From contig CAYUSS010000001.1 of assembly GCA_964447515.1 (NCBI GenBank), forward strand, positions 4,092 through 68,091: a DNA stretch of 64,000 nucleotides, given 5' to 3'. Position numbers and translations under genes: made by a program. The notes beneath the pieces were generated by a model that was not told the origin of the DNA, made no database searches, and saw only the letters and a program-made list of their open reading frames with translations. The stretch is from an uncultured Candidatus Saccharibacteria bacterium (lineage in GTDB: Bacteria > Patescibacteriota > Minisyncoccia > Minisyncoccales > GWA2-38-27). This document shows, piece after piece, positions 38,900 to 48,278 of the stretch. How positions within the stretch are numbered: the stretch's first letter is position 1; the number at the start of each line of letters is the position of its first letter.

Positions 38900-41767
38900 T
38901 TAAATTTTCTTAATCCCCAGCCATAATGTTTCCTTATTAACTTTTGCTTCTTTTTTAATTTCAAATTTTATTTTTAATTCCTCTCCGAGCTTAAAATCTT
39001 TAGCCAGAGTTTCTTTCAGAATAAAATCTCTTTTTCTGTTTAAAATTTTATTCAGATGAGTTGGGCCCTGGGCTTGAACTAAAATTTTATCTTTGGGCTT
39101 CAAGCCAGCTTTCTTTCTCAGAGCTTGAATATGTCGAATAACCTCCCGAGCAACTCCTTCCTCTTTAAGTTCTTTTGTAATTTTAGTATCTAATTCTATT
39201 TCTTCGCCAAAAGTAATTTTCTTAACATTAACTTCATCTTTTATTAAATCCAATAAACCTTTTGCTTTTCTTAATTCTTGATTCCTGATTCTTAATTCTT
39301 TCAATGGCTGCCTCACTCTTATCCCTGCTTCTGCCCTCAGACCCAAGGATTGAGTAACAACTTCCCGAACCTGCTCCATTTTTTCTTCTAAATCTGAATT
39401 AATTAATTTTTTATCTGGCTCTGGGTAATCACACAAGTGAACTGATTTTTCTGCGCCATTTAATTTTTGATACAGCTCTTCAGCAATAAAAGGAGTAAAA
39501 GGAGCTATTAGTTTAGTTAGTTTTAAAAGCACATAATATAAAGTTTGAGAGGCCTCTTCTTTTATCTCTTTTGTCTCTGGTCTTTGAAATCTCTTTCGAG
39601 AACGCCGGATATACCAGTTAGATAAATCATCAACAAAATCCTCAAATAATCTAGTCGCCTCCACCACATAGTATTTATCTAAATTTTCTATAATCTGCTG
39701 GCAAAGGTTCTGGAACTGAGAAACAATCCATTTATCAAGTAAGTTTTTGGGGCTAAAATTCTTTTGGGGCTTGAATTTCTTATCAGTATAAGTGGAAAAG
39801 AAAAGGTAAGAATTCCATAAAGTACCAAGGAATCGCCGAGAAATTTCCTGAACATCTTTGAAATCAAATCTTTTGGGTTCTGCTGCCGGATTTATTGTAT
39901 AAAAGTAAAAGCGAGCAGAGTCAGCGCCAAATTTATCAATAACATCTTTTGGCCAAACAACATTGCCTTTTGATTTTGACATTTTCTGGCCCTTAGCATC
40001 CAAAACAATGCCATGGGAGATAACATTTTTGTAAGCCGGGCCCAAATTAAGCAAAGTAGAAACAGCTAACAAAGTATAAAACCAGCCCCTGGTCTGGTCA
40101 ATGCCCTCGCATATAAAATCAGCTGGGAAAAAATTCTTTTTATCAATTTTTTCTTTATTCTCAAAAGGATAATGCCATTGAGCATAAGGCATTGAACCCG
40201 AGTCAAACCAACAATCAACTACTTCAGGAATTCGTCTCATTAGGCCTCCGCACTTTTCACACTTAAAAGTAGCTTTATCAATGGAAGGACGGTGCAAATC
40301 TTGTAACTTGTAACTTGTAACTTGTAACTTTTTTAATTCGTTTAAACTACCAACACAAATTTGCTTATCGCACTTTTCACACTGCCAAATCGGCAAAGGC
40401 GTGCCCCAATATCTTTCCCGAGATAAATTCCAATCTTTAACCTCCCGCAGCCACTCGCCAAACCGCCCATCTTTAAGATAATCTGGTATCCAATTAATTT
40501 TTTTATTATTTTCAAGCAGTTTTTTTCTCAAACCTGACATCTTAATAAACCAAGAGGTCTTGGCGTAATACAATAATGGGCTGTCGCACCGCCAGCAAAA
40601 AGGATAATCGTGTTCATACAGTTCTTTTTTATAAAGTAAATTTCTTTTTTGAAGACTGGCAGTAATTTCTGGGTCAGCGTCTTTTACAAATTTACCTGCC
40701 CAAGGTTTAACTTCTTTTTTAAAAGTACCATCTTCGTTCACTGTTATCAAAATCGGTAAGTCATTTTGCTTGCCAACTTCCATATCCTCCTCTCCAAAAG
40801 CCGGCGCGATATGAACAATACCAGTGCCTTCTTCAGTAGAAATAAAATCACCGGCAACAACCTTAAAAGCTGGCTTCTCTGTTTTCATAAAATCAAATAG
40901 CGGTTCGTATTCTAATTCTAAAAGCTTTTTACCTTTTATTTCTTCAACAATTTTGCCTTTGACGCCACAAGCCTTAAACCTCTCTTTGGCTAAAATCAAA
41001 TATTCATTATTTACTTTCACCTTTGCATAAATAAATTTTGGGTTGACCGCTAATGCTACGTTTGCAGGCAGTGTCCAAGGCGTGGTTGTCCATACTAAAA
41101 GAAAGGTATTAAATTTTTTATTTTTAATTTGTGTTTTTGATTTTTTATTTTTTATTTTTAACTTTAAGAAAATAGCTGGCTCAGATATTTTCTTATATCC
41201 CTGAGCTACTTCATGAGAAGAGAGAGAAGTGCCACAGCGAGGACAATAAGGAACAACTTTGTAATCTTGGTACAAAAGACCCTTTTCCCAAATCTTTTTT
41301 AAAATCCACCACAAACTCTCAATATAATCATTACTGCAGGTAATGTAAGCGTTTTTTAAATCTAGCCAAAAACCAATTCGTTCTGTAAAATCCTCCCATT
41401 CTTTTTTATAAGTGAAAACACTATTCTGACAGGTTTCAATAAATTTCTTAATCCCGATTTTCTCTATGTCTTTTTTAGATTTAATTCCCAGTTTTTTTTC
41501 CGCCTCCATTTCCGTTGGCAAACCATGCGTATCCCAACCAGCCTTTCTTTCAACAGAAAAGCCCTGCATTGTCTTATAACGGAGAATTACATCTTTGAAG
41601 GCCCGGGACAAAAGATGATGAATTCCGGGCAACCCATTAGCAAAAGGCGGTCCTTCAAAAAAAACAAACCTTTTGCCTTTTTTGGTCTTTTTAAGGCTTT
41701 TCTCAAAAATCTTCTTTTCTTTCCAGAATTTTAATATTTTTTCTTCAATTTGCGGAAAATCCATCAT
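38900..41767 (-). CDS. ileS: isoleucine--tRNA ligase
   Basis: HHLLSRAFKDVILRY (HIGH-type), KMSKSKGN, and C-terminal Zn CxxC pairs. It contains the in-frame (CTTGTAA)4 tract and a K-rich low-complexity insertion near 41100-41170. Confidence 0.9.
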   Translation of the reverse strand: MMDFPQIEEKILKFWKEKKIFEKSLKKTKKGKRFVFFEGPPFANGLPGIHHLLSRAFKDVILRYKTMQGFSVERKAGWDTHGLPTEMEAEKKLGIKSKKDIEKIGIKKFIETCQNSVFTYKKEWEDFTERIGFWLDLKNAYITCSNDYIESLWWILKKIWEKGLLYQDYKVVPYCPRCGTSLSSHEVAQGYKKISEPAIFLKLKIKNKKSKTQIKNKKFNTFLLVWTTTPWTLPANVALAVNPKFIYAKVKVNNEYLILAKERFKACGVKGKIVEEIKGKKLLELEYEPLFDFMKTEKPAFKVVAGDFISTEEGTGIVHIAPAFGEEDMEVGKQNDLPILITVNEDGTFKKEVKPWAGKFVKDADPEITASLQKRNLLYKKELYEHDYPFCWRCDSPLLYYAKTSWFIKMSGLRKKLLENNKKINWIPDYLKDGRFGEWLREVKDWNLSRERYWGTPLPIWQCEKCDKQICVGSLNELKKLQVTSYKLQDLHRPSIDKATFKCEKCGGLMRRIPEVVDCWFDSGSMPYAQWHYPFENKEKIDKKNFFPADFICEGIDQTRGWFYTLLAVSTLLNLGPAYKNVISHGIVLDAKGQKMSKSKGNVVWPKDVIDKFGADSARFYFYTINPAAEPKRFDFKDVQEISRRFLGTLWNSYLFFSTYTDKKFKPQKNFSPKNLLDKWIVSQFQNLCQQIIENLDKYYVVEATRLFEDFVDDLSNWYIRRSRKRFQRPETKEIKEEASQTLYYVLLKLTKLIAPFTPFIAEELYQKLNGAEKSVHLCDYPEPDKKLINSDLEEKMEQVREVVTQSLGLRAEAGIRVRQPLKELRIRNQELRKAKGLLDLIKDEVNVKKITFGEEIELDTKITKELKEEGVAREVIRHIQALRKKAGLKPKDKILVQAQGPTHLNKILNRKRDFILKETLAKDFKLGEELKIKFEIKKEAKVNKETLWLGIKKI
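40301..40330. repeat. 30-bp heptanucleotide tandem repeat (CTTGTAA)4 inside ileS, in-frame, encoding KLQVTSYKLQ
   Basis: cttgtaacttgtaacttgtaacttgtaact, identical to 43711-43740 in argS. Confidence 0.8.
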
Positions 41768-41768
41768 A

Positions 41769-42329
41769 TTATAACTGGCGCAGTTCTCCGGTTTTAATTC
41801 TTTTTTCTTTGGGAAATTTTTTTAAAACTTCTTTTTGAGAATAACCTTTAACTCTGCCTTCAAGTAGTATAAGCGGAAGCTGATGGCTTACTATAAGGAT
41901 GTTTTTATTGGAATATTTTTTATCAATTTCTTTTAGAAAATCAGACATTCTTTTAGTTATGTCAAGATAGATTTCTCCTTTAGGCGGTTTTTTAAAAAAT
42001 CTTTCTTCTTCGTTTTTAAAAAATTCCCTAAATCTGTTTAGTGATTCTCCATTAAAAATTCCAGCATTATATTCCCTTAATCTTTTATCTTCTTTTGGTT
42101 TAATTCCTAATTCTTTTCCAACAATCTCAGCTGTTTGGCGAGTTCTTAAAATATCAGAGGTAAAAATCAAGTCAATTCTCTTGTTTTTTAATTTTGGCAC
42201 CATCCTCTTTATCTCTTTTCTCCCTTTTTCGGTCAAGGGAAAAGAAGATTTTTCCGGCCAGCAGGAAATAATCTTTTTTTGATTGCATAGTGCCTCTCCA
42301 TGCCGCAAAATAAAGTAGTTATTATCCAT
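41769..42329 (-). CDS. histidine phosphatase family protein (phosphoglycerate mutase-like)
   Basis: RHG motif ILRHGEALCN and a downstream conserved His. Confidence 0.65.
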   Translation of the reverse strand: MDNNYFILRHGEALCNQKKIISCWPEKSSFPLTEKGRKEIKRMVPKLKNKRIDLIFTSDILRTRQTAEIVGKELGIKPKEDKRLREYNAGIFNGESLNRFREFFKNEEERFFKKPPKGEIYLDITKRMSDFLKEIDKKYSNKNILIVSHQLPLILLEGRVKGYSQKEVLKKFPKEKRIKTGELRQL

Positions 42330-42331
42330 AT

Positions 42332-44008
42332 TTACATTTTTTCAGGACTAGAAATTCCCATTAAATCTAAAATATTTTTTAGAACAATTTTTGTTGCTTG
42401 AACTAAATTCAGCCGGGCTTGGGTTAAATTTTCATCGTCCCCAATCACTCGACATTCCTCATAAAATTTATGAAAAGCTGTTACCAATTCTAAAGCAAAT
42501 TGGGGCAAGCGCTGAAGTTGATAATCTTTAGCTGTATCCTCAACAACTTCTGGAAATCTAATCAACTGCCTTGTCAAATCCATCTCGCTCGGCTCGTCAA
42601 GTAAATTGTCGATCGACAATTTACTTGATGGCGATTTTTTAATCTTTTTTGCTTCTGCTTTTCGGAGAATGCTGGAGATTCGGGCGTGGGCGTATTGGAT
42701 GTAATAAACCGGGTTTTTCTTTGATTGTTTCTTGGCTAATGCCATATCAAAATTTAAGTGAGTATTAGCTGATTTTTGTAAGAAAAAGAATCGAGTAACA
42801 TCTTTTCCAACTTCATTGAGTAATTCGTCCATTGTCACATAAATGCCTTTTCTTTTGGACATTTTTACTTTTTCCTTTTTTTCCAAAAGAGTGACAAACT
42901 GTAAAAGGATGATATCTAATTTTCCCTTATGACCCAAAGCCGCAACTCCAGTCCGCAACCCCTGAACACCGCCAGCGTGGTCAGCTCCCCAGATGTTTAT
43001 TACTTTGTCAAATTTCTTTTTTTTAAATTTATATTTATGGTAAGTAATATCACCGGCTAAATAAGTTTTTGTTCCGTCTTTTTTAACTAAAACTCTGTCT
43101 CTATTATCTCCGAATTTTTTACTTCTAAAAAATTCAGCCCCTTCTTTTTGATAAATTAATTTTTTCTTTTTTAAAAAATTCAAAACTTTGTCAACCTCTC
43201 CGGATTCATAAAGCGTATTCTCGGAAAACCATTCATCAAATTTAATCCCCATTTTCTCAGTTGTTTTCTTGAGCATCTCATCAACTATTATTTTAGCTGC
43301 CTTTTGGCCTGCCTTATATGGGTCTTTCTCCTTAATTTTTTTGTGGAGATAATCAATATACTTTCCTTTATATTTGGCCTCTTTGTCTTTCAAAACCGAA
43401 TGGCCTAAAGCCAAAATCTGATTTCCATAATCATTAATATAATAAGCTTTCTCTACTTTAAAACCAGCTTTTTTCAAAACATTTCCCAAAACATCGCCAA
43501 AAGGACCACTCCGGGCATTACCGACTGTCAAAGGTCCTGTCGGATTAGCGGAAATAAACTCAACCTGAATTTTTTTATTTTTGCCAATATCTAAATCACC
43601 AAATTTCTCGCCTTGCTTCAAAATTTCTCCAACCTGTTTTTGTAAGTATTCTTTACACAAATAAAAATTTATAAAGCCGGGTTTGGCTATTTTGATTCCT
43701 TCAAATAAACCTTGTAACTTGTAACTTGTAACTTGTAACTTTATAACTTCTGCTATCTCTAATGGCTTCCTTTTCAAAACTCTCGTCAATTGCAAACCAA
43801 TGTTTGAAGAATAATCTCCAAACTCCTTATTCTCCGGCCTTTCAACTTCAATTTTCGGTAACTTTTTCAATTTAAATTCCTCTTTAACTGCCTTTTTAAT
43901 TAATTTTTTAAGCTCATCTCTAATCATTCTTTTAGTATAGTTTATTTTAACTCTCGATTCAACTCTCCCCCGCCGCACTTTGTGCAGCAGGGTTTTTTTA
44001 TTGCTCAA
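42332..44008 (-). CDS. argS: arginine--tRNA ligase
   Basis: Class I catalytic core and DALR anticodon-binding C-terminus. It contains the same in-frame (CTTGTAA)4 tract. Confidence 0.85.
   Translation of the reverse strand: MSNKKTLLHKVRRGRVESRVKINYTKRMIRDELKKLIKKAVKEEFKLKKLPKIEVERPENKEFGDYSSNIGLQLTRVLKRKPLEIAEVIKLQVTSYKLQGLFEGIKIAKPGFINFYLCKEYLQKQVGEILKQGEKFGDLDIGKNKKIQVEFISANPTGPLTVGNARSGPFGDVLGNVLKKAGFKVEKAYYINDYGNQILALGHSVLKDKEAKYKGKYIDYLHKKIKEKDPYKAGQKAAKIIVDEMLKKTTEKMGIKFDEWFSENTLYESGEVDKVLNFLKKKKLIYQKEGAEFFRSKKFGDNRDRVLVKKDGTKTYLAGDITYHKYKFKKKKFDKVINIWGADHAGGVQGLRTGVAALGHKGKLDIILLQFVTLLEKKEKVKMSKRKGIYVTMDELLNEVGKDVTRFFFLQKSANTHLNFDMALAKKQSKKNPVYYIQYAHARISSILRKAEAKKIKKSPSSKLSIDNLLDEPSEMDLTRQLIRFPEVVEDTAKDYQLQRLPQFALELVTAFHKFYEECRVIGDDENLTQARLNLVQATKIVLKNILDLMGISSPEKM
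43711..43740. repeat. 30-bp (CTTGTAA)4 tandem repeat inside argS, in-frame, encoding KLQVTSYKLQ
   Basis: Identical 30-mer to 40301-40330. Confidence 0.8.
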
Positions 44009-44033
44009 ATAAAATTTAAGTGTTAAATTAAAG

Positions 44034-44486
44034 ATGATGACGGTTTTGGCTTACAATCGAAAGGCAATCTATAATTACGAAATCCTGGAGAAATTTGAAG
44101 CGGGCATGGTTTTGATTGGCCAGGAAGTGAAATCAATAAAGTCAGGAAGAATGAGTTTAAAAGGTTCTTATGTAGTTTTAAAAGGAGAAGAGCCCTTTTT
44201 AATCGGGGCTAATATCCCTGCTTATCAGCCAAAAAATGCGCCCCCGGATTATAACCCGGAAAAATCCAGAAAGCTTCTTTTGAATAAATTAGAAATCAAA
44301 CGTTTAATCGGCAAAACCAAAGAAAAGGGCTTGACTTTGGTGCCCTTAAGGGCGTATACTAAAAGAGGTAAAATAAAGCTTGAATTCGGAATTGCCAAAG
44401 GAAGAAAAAAAACCGATAAAAGAGAAATAATTAAAAAAAGAGAAGCCGAAAGGGAAATGAAAAGGGAACTAAAAACCCGGGGGTGA
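44034..44486 (+). CDS. smpB: SsrA-binding protein SmpB
   Basis: MMTVLAYNRKAIYNYEILEKFEAGMVLIGQEVKSIKSG... Confidence 0.9.
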   Translation: MMTVLAYNRKAIYNYEILEKFEAGMVLIGQEVKSIKSGRMSLKGSYVVLKGEEPFLIGANIPAYQPKNAPPDYNPEKSRKLLLNKLEIKRLIGKTKEKGLTLVPLRAYTKRGKIKLEFGIAKGRKKTDKREIIKKREAEREMKRELKTRG

Positions 44487-44828
44487 AAGTTTCGACAGAA
44501 GATTTTACTAAAATAGGGCAAGCCGAGTATTCTCAAATCTCGTAAAACTTTGAGAAAAAAATAAGTGCTAACTTATTCAAAAAACCTGCGTTAGCATTTG
44601 CCTAACGCCATCAGGATTACCGATTCTCGCTAAGTAATCTCTGGTGTAATAATTAGCGAGATAGATAGTTTTTTCTTCGCCTCAAAATAATTATCAAAAC
44701 TTTTCGAGGTCAGGATATTAAGCTTTTTGTCTGTTTTCTACTTGGTATCCGAGACTAAAACAGACTAAGTTTGTAGAACTGTTTTAGCAAAACTTCTGGA
44801 CAAGGGTCCAATCCCTTCATCTCCACAA
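44479..44828 (+). ncRNA. ssrA: tmRNA (SsrA), about 350 nt; proposed tag ANLFKKPALAFA
   Basis: Starts at gggggtgaaagtttcgacag (tRNA-like 5' end) overlapping the smpB stop. The 3' end has the T-arm agggtccaatccct and the acceptor strand tcatctcc, which pairs with the 5' GGGGGUGA. The internal frame gct aac tta ttc aaa aaa cct gcg tta gca ttt gcc taa codes ANLFKKPALAFA then stop. Confidence 0.75.
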
Positions 44829-44868
44829 CAAAAAATAACCTAAAAATAGTCTGCCAAAAAAATTCCTC

Positions 44869-45393
44869 ATTAATCATCAAATAAAAGCCAGAGAGGTAAG
44901 AATCATTGACCAGACCGGAAAACAATTGGGGATTATGCCATTAATAGAAGCGCTCCGAACAGCCAGGGAGCGTAGTTTAGATTTAATTCAGGTTACAGAA
45001 AAAGTGATACCTCCTGTTTGTAAAATCGGAGATTATGGAAAATATCTTTATCGGCAAAAAAAGAAAGAGAAATTAGCCAAACCTAAGGGGGGCGAACTTA
45101 AGGGGATAAGATTAACTTTCAGAATTTCTGAGCATGATTTAGAAACAAGAGCCCATCAGGCAGAAAAATTTTTAAAAAAAGGGAACAAGGCCAGAATAGA
45201 AATGAAATTAAGGGGAAGAGAAAAAGCCCTTCAGGGATTTGCTAAAGAAAAAATTAAAAAGTTTCTTGAAATCTTAGAAAAATCAATCCCAATAAAAATT
45301 GAGGGAGAATTACAAAGGAAGCCAAGAGGGCTAACAATGATTATTTCAAAAGCATATGTCAAAGACGAGGAAATCAATAAAAAAACGTTTTAA
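44869..45393 (+). CDS. infC: translation initiation factor IF-3 (ATT start)
   Basis: The track ORF starts at the internal Met 44926. The upstream in-frame sequence INHQIKAREVRIIDQTGKQLGIM matches the IF-3 N-terminus, and the frame opens after TAA at 44836. ATT at 44869 is the classic infC start. Confidence 0.75.
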   Translation: MNHQIKAREVRIIDQTGKQLGIMPLIEALRTARERSLDLIQVTEKVIPPVCKIGDYGKYLYRQKKKEKLAKPKGGELKGIRLTFRISEHDLETRAHQAEKFLKKGNKARIEMKLRGREKALQGFAKEKIKKFLEILEKSIPIKIEGELQRKPRGLTMIISKAYVKDEEINKKTF

Positions 45394-45544
45394 AATTACC
45401 AAAACTGGCAAGGTCCTGAGAAGAGCAATTGGTCAGGACCATTATCGGGCAAAAAAATCAGGAAAGCAAAAAAGAGAAACTCGAAAATGGGTTTTGGTTT
45501 CCAATGTTGAAGCCAAAAAAATAAAGAAATTGTTTAAACAGTAA
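45356..45544 (+). CDS. rpmI: 50S ribosomal protein L35
   Basis: MSKTRKSIKKRFKITKTGKVLRR...; overlaps the infC 3' end. Confidence 0.8.
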   Translation: MSKTRKSIKKRFKITKTGKVLRRAIGQDHYRAKKSGKQKRETRKWVLVSNVEAKKIKKLFKQ

Positions 45545-45551
45545 ATAATAT

Positions 45552-45899
45552 ATGGTCAGGATAAAAAGAGGAAAGACAGCTCATAAACGAAGAAAACATC
45601 TCTTAAAAGAGGTCAAAGGTTTTCGTTGGGGAAGAAAATCAAAATACAAATCAGCAAAAGAGGCCTTAAGACACGCCTGGGTCTATGCTTATAGAGATAG
45701 AAAAACCAAAAAAAGAGAAATAAGAAAACTCTGGCAAGTTCGAATTAATGCTGCCAGCCGAGAACTCGGCTTGCCTTATAGCCGTTTTATCCAAGGATTG
45801 AAGAAAAAAAAGATTGAGCTTGATAGAAAAATTTTAGCCGACTTAGCCCAAAACAACCCAGAAATCTTCAAAAAAATTGTTGAGGAAGTTAAAAAATAA
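45552..45899 (+). CDS. rplT: 50S ribosomal protein L20
   Basis: [51 protein letters not shown]. Confidence 0.9.
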   Translation: MVRIKRGKTAHKRRKHLLKEVKGFRWGRKSKYKSAKEALRHAWVYAYRDRKTKKREIRKLWQVRINAASRELGLPYSRFIQGLKKKKIELDRKILADLAQNNPEIFKKIVEEVKK

Positions 45900-45900
45900 A

Positions 45901-45965
45901 ATGTAACGCGGAAAGGTAACGTTACATCGTTACAATAAAGTAGACATAATTGACAAACGGCCGTT
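45901..45965. terminator. two consecutive perfect palindromes after rplT (bidirectional terminator candidate)
   Basis: atgtaacgcggaaaggtaacgttacat, then agacataattgacaaacgg/ccgtttgtcaattatgtct with 19-bp arms. Confidence 0.5.
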
Positions 45966-46116
45966 TGTCAATTATGTCTAAAAACATTCTCGAGATGTCC
46001 GGTTGTGTTAAAAAAGCCGCTTTTTCAAGGTGGCTTTTGAATTTTCCCGGTAAAAACTCCGGGGTTTCTAACAGAAGAAATATAAAAAATCGCGTCGTCA
46101 GGGTGGGATAAGACAT

Positions 46117-46146
46117 CTCTAATAGAAAAGAGGGGCGGTGTTGTAC
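46117..46146 (-). terminator. intrinsic terminator of the ParB-like gene
   Basis: Minus strand gggacggtacaacaccgcccc hairpin followed by tcttttctatt. Confidence 0.55.
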
Positions 46147-46152
46147 CGTCCC

Positions 46153-47364
46153 TTAGGCTGATGCCTTTTTTCTGAGCTCAGAAAGAACCCACTTTGCCTC
46201 TTCGGTGATTTGGGCTACCTGCCGACGAATCTTTCTGGGAAGAAACCTCCAAAGATGGGGTAAAAGAAGCTCCTCTTGAACAAGTAATTCTCGGAAAACG
46301 CGGACTGGACTTAGTTCAGAAAAAGGAGAATCCTCCTGCCCCAATTTCTCCTCCCTAAACAAAGTGAGAACCCGCTTGAGGTAGTAAATCCACATCCAGA
46401 TAGCCTGAATGGCCTGCCGCTCAACCACCTTACGAAAATGACTTCTTTCCAGCTCCTGTTGCTCTTCCACGCTCAAAAGGCTAATAAGCGAAAATTGACC
46501 AGAGTTATAGGTGCGCAAAAACTCGGTGACCATGTCCCGAACTTTCTTGACTCGCAAATTATCGGTTATCGCTGTCAATGCCCACCACTCTATCTCTGAC
46601 TCCTTTAGCCCTGCCTTCTGCTGAAGCCGAGCGATTTCGCAAGCTACCCCGTAGGGAATTTGGCCATTTTCGACAAATTCCCGGACGCCAGCTGGCAGAA
46701 GGCAGAATTTTACCGCCTGCCGGATGGTGCTCGGACTCCGGCCTACTTGCTTGGCAAATCGAGCCAAGGGGTAGTTTGGATCCATTTGTCTGATGAGCCG
46801 AAAGAGCTGGTCGTAGAAGGTCGCCTCCTCATGGGCCGGCAGCTTCATGTGGATGTTCTCGGAGGCCTGGATAAAAACCGCCTCCAAGGGCGGGATATTG
46901 ATGCAGAGACGCACCTCCACGCTTTGGTCGCCGAAGTGGCGCTCGTAGCAATAACTATCCTTGCCAAATTGTTCCTGGCATTGTTCACAGCCAACATCTC
47001 GTAGATACAAACAGGCTCTGAATCGACGCTCACCAGCCAGCAGGATGTAAAAAGCTTTCTTGCCTTCATCTATAGCAATAAGATCACTTGTTTTATAGGT
47101 TGTTGCCCAGAGCCGATTGATGAGGCTAAGATAGTGTCGACAGCCTGTCTCACAAAATCGAGCCACAATAAGAGGATTCATAAGGTTCTTGGCAGCTATA
47201 TCTTCTGCCAGAAGCTCAATCTCCTCAAAGGTCTGGCGGGGCTGTAGCAACACATTGATATCAGCAAGAGCTATACGTGCCCCAACATACTGATGAGGCT
47301 CAAGGCCGTTTTTCCTAAGCAACGACGTCAGGGAAGTTGGCGCCGTCTTTGATTTTGTTGTCAT
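46153..47364 (-). CDS. ParB/Srx-like nuclease-domain protein with HTH (403 aa); atypically GC-rich
   Basis: ParB box II-like GERRFRA within ...AFYILLAGERRFRACLYL, a Cys-rich insert (CETGCRHY...CEQCQEQFGKDSYCYERHFG), and the HTH LARFAKQVGRSPSTIRQAVKF. GC is about 50% against about 33% in the flanks. Confidence 0.6.
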   Translation of the reverse strand: MTTKSKTAPTSLTSLLRKNGLEPHQYVGARIALADINVLLQPRQTFEEIELLAEDIAAKNLMNPLIVARFCETGCRHYLSLINRLWATTYKTSDLIAIDEGKKAFYILLAGERRFRACLYLRDVGCEQCQEQFGKDSYCYERHFGDQSVEVRLCINIPPLEAVFIQASENIHMKLPAHEEATFYDQLFRLIRQMDPNYPLARFAKQVGRSPSTIRQAVKFCLLPAGVREFVENGQIPYGVACEIARLQQKAGLKESEIEWWALTAITDNLRVKKVRDMVTEFLRTYNSGQFSLISLLSVEEQQELERSHFRKVVERQAIQAIWMWIYYLKRVLTLFREEKLGQEDSPFSELSPVRVFRELLVQEELLLPHLWRFLPRKIRRQVAQITEEAKWVLSELRKKASA

Positions 47365-47459
47365 GGCTATTATCCCTCCCTGTTGTTGTGTCCATTTTCT
47401 AGTCCGTATTCTACTGTCAAAGTACTTTTAAGGGTTTCCGATAGAAAAAGTAAAGCTTC

Positions 47460-47731
47460 CTAATCCTTTCCGTTTTTTATCTTAATACCTTCTTTTTGTA
47501 AAAGCAAGGTTTTTTTCTTAGCCCCCTGATAATAGCCACCGATTTTTCCATCAGAATAAACTACCCGATGACAGGGGATTTTTTTATTTCTATTTTTTTT
47601 AAGGATATTCCCTACCACCCGCCAAGCTCTGGGATAACCTGTTTTCTAGGCTACTGTTTTGTAGGTCAAAAAACTCCCCTTGGGGATTTTTTAAACAACT
47701 TCAAAAACTTTATTGCGAAAAACTGTTTCAT
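47460..47731 (-). pseudogene. ogt: remnant of O6-methylguanine-DNA methyltransferase (ogt), C-terminal domain only, disrupted
   Basis: Minus-strand translation gives ...IPKGSFLTYKTVA*KTGYPRAWRVVGNILKKNRNKKIPCHRVVYSDGKIGGYYQGAKKKTLLLQKEGIKIKNGKD. This shows the PCHRVV active-site motif but carries an in-frame TAG, a frameshift relative to the MKQFFAIKFLKLFKK start, and lacks the N-terminal domain. Confidence 0.7.
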
Positions 47732-47741
47732 GTTTCATGCT

Positions 47742-48194
47742 TTATGTTTTATGTTTTTTGAGGAAATCATTGGCTTTTTTTAAAATTTCTTTTGATTTTT
47801 TAAAATTCAGTTGTTCAAGAGCTCGTTCATAAGGCAGCCATTTATATCCAGTATGCTCAAAAGAAATTTTTACTTCTTTAGTTTTTGTTTCTGCTAAATA
47901 AAAAGTGACTATTTTAAAAACCAAAGAAGCTTTTCCTTTTTCTTCTCTTTTCAAATTATAAGTACTCCGGAAAAAATATTTTATCCATTCTTTAAAACCT
48001 TTTATTATTTTAATATCTTCAATGCCTGTCTCTTCTTTAACTTCCCGCTTTGCTGTTTCCTCTTCGCTTTCGCCTTTTTCAATATGTCCTTTTGAAAAAT
48101 CCCAATGCCCTACTTCATAATGCAAAAGCAGGTAATAAATCTCATTATTTTCCTTCCTAAAAATTACAGCTCCAGCTGATTTCTCAAAAGGCAT
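47742..48194 (-). CDS. NUDIX hydrolase
   Basis: Nudix box GHIEKGESEEETAKREVKEETG. Confidence 0.8.
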   Translation of the reverse strand: MPFEKSAGAVIFRKENNEIYYLLLHYEVGHWDFSKGHIEKGESEEETAKREVKEETGIEDIKIIKGFKEWIKYFFRSTYNLKREEKGKASLVFKIVTFYLAETKTKEVKISFEHTGYKWLPYERALEQLNFKKSKEILKKANDFLKKHKT

Positions 48195-48195
48195 A

Positions 48196-48278
48196 CCCCG
48201 TAGAAGAATTTCGAATTAAAAATTTCTTCGAAATTTTTTATTTGCCCCGCAGGGGCCTTTCGAAATTTCTCTACGGGG
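48196..48278. repeat. palindromic element with CCCCGTAGAAGAATTTCGA / TCGAAATTTCTCTACGGGG arms (CCCCGTAGAA family)
   Basis: The arms are near-identical to the 1981-2058 copy but the core differs (contains ccccgcagggg). Confidence 0.6.

Noticed and set aside
45922-46116. 64-aa minus-strand ORF after rplT
   Set aside because: It overlaps two perfect terminator palindromes and lies downstream of the ParB-like gene's own terminator; likely non-coding.
47568-47783. 71-aa plus-strand ORF
   Set aside because: Antisense to the ogt pseudogene remnant and NUDIX 3' end.
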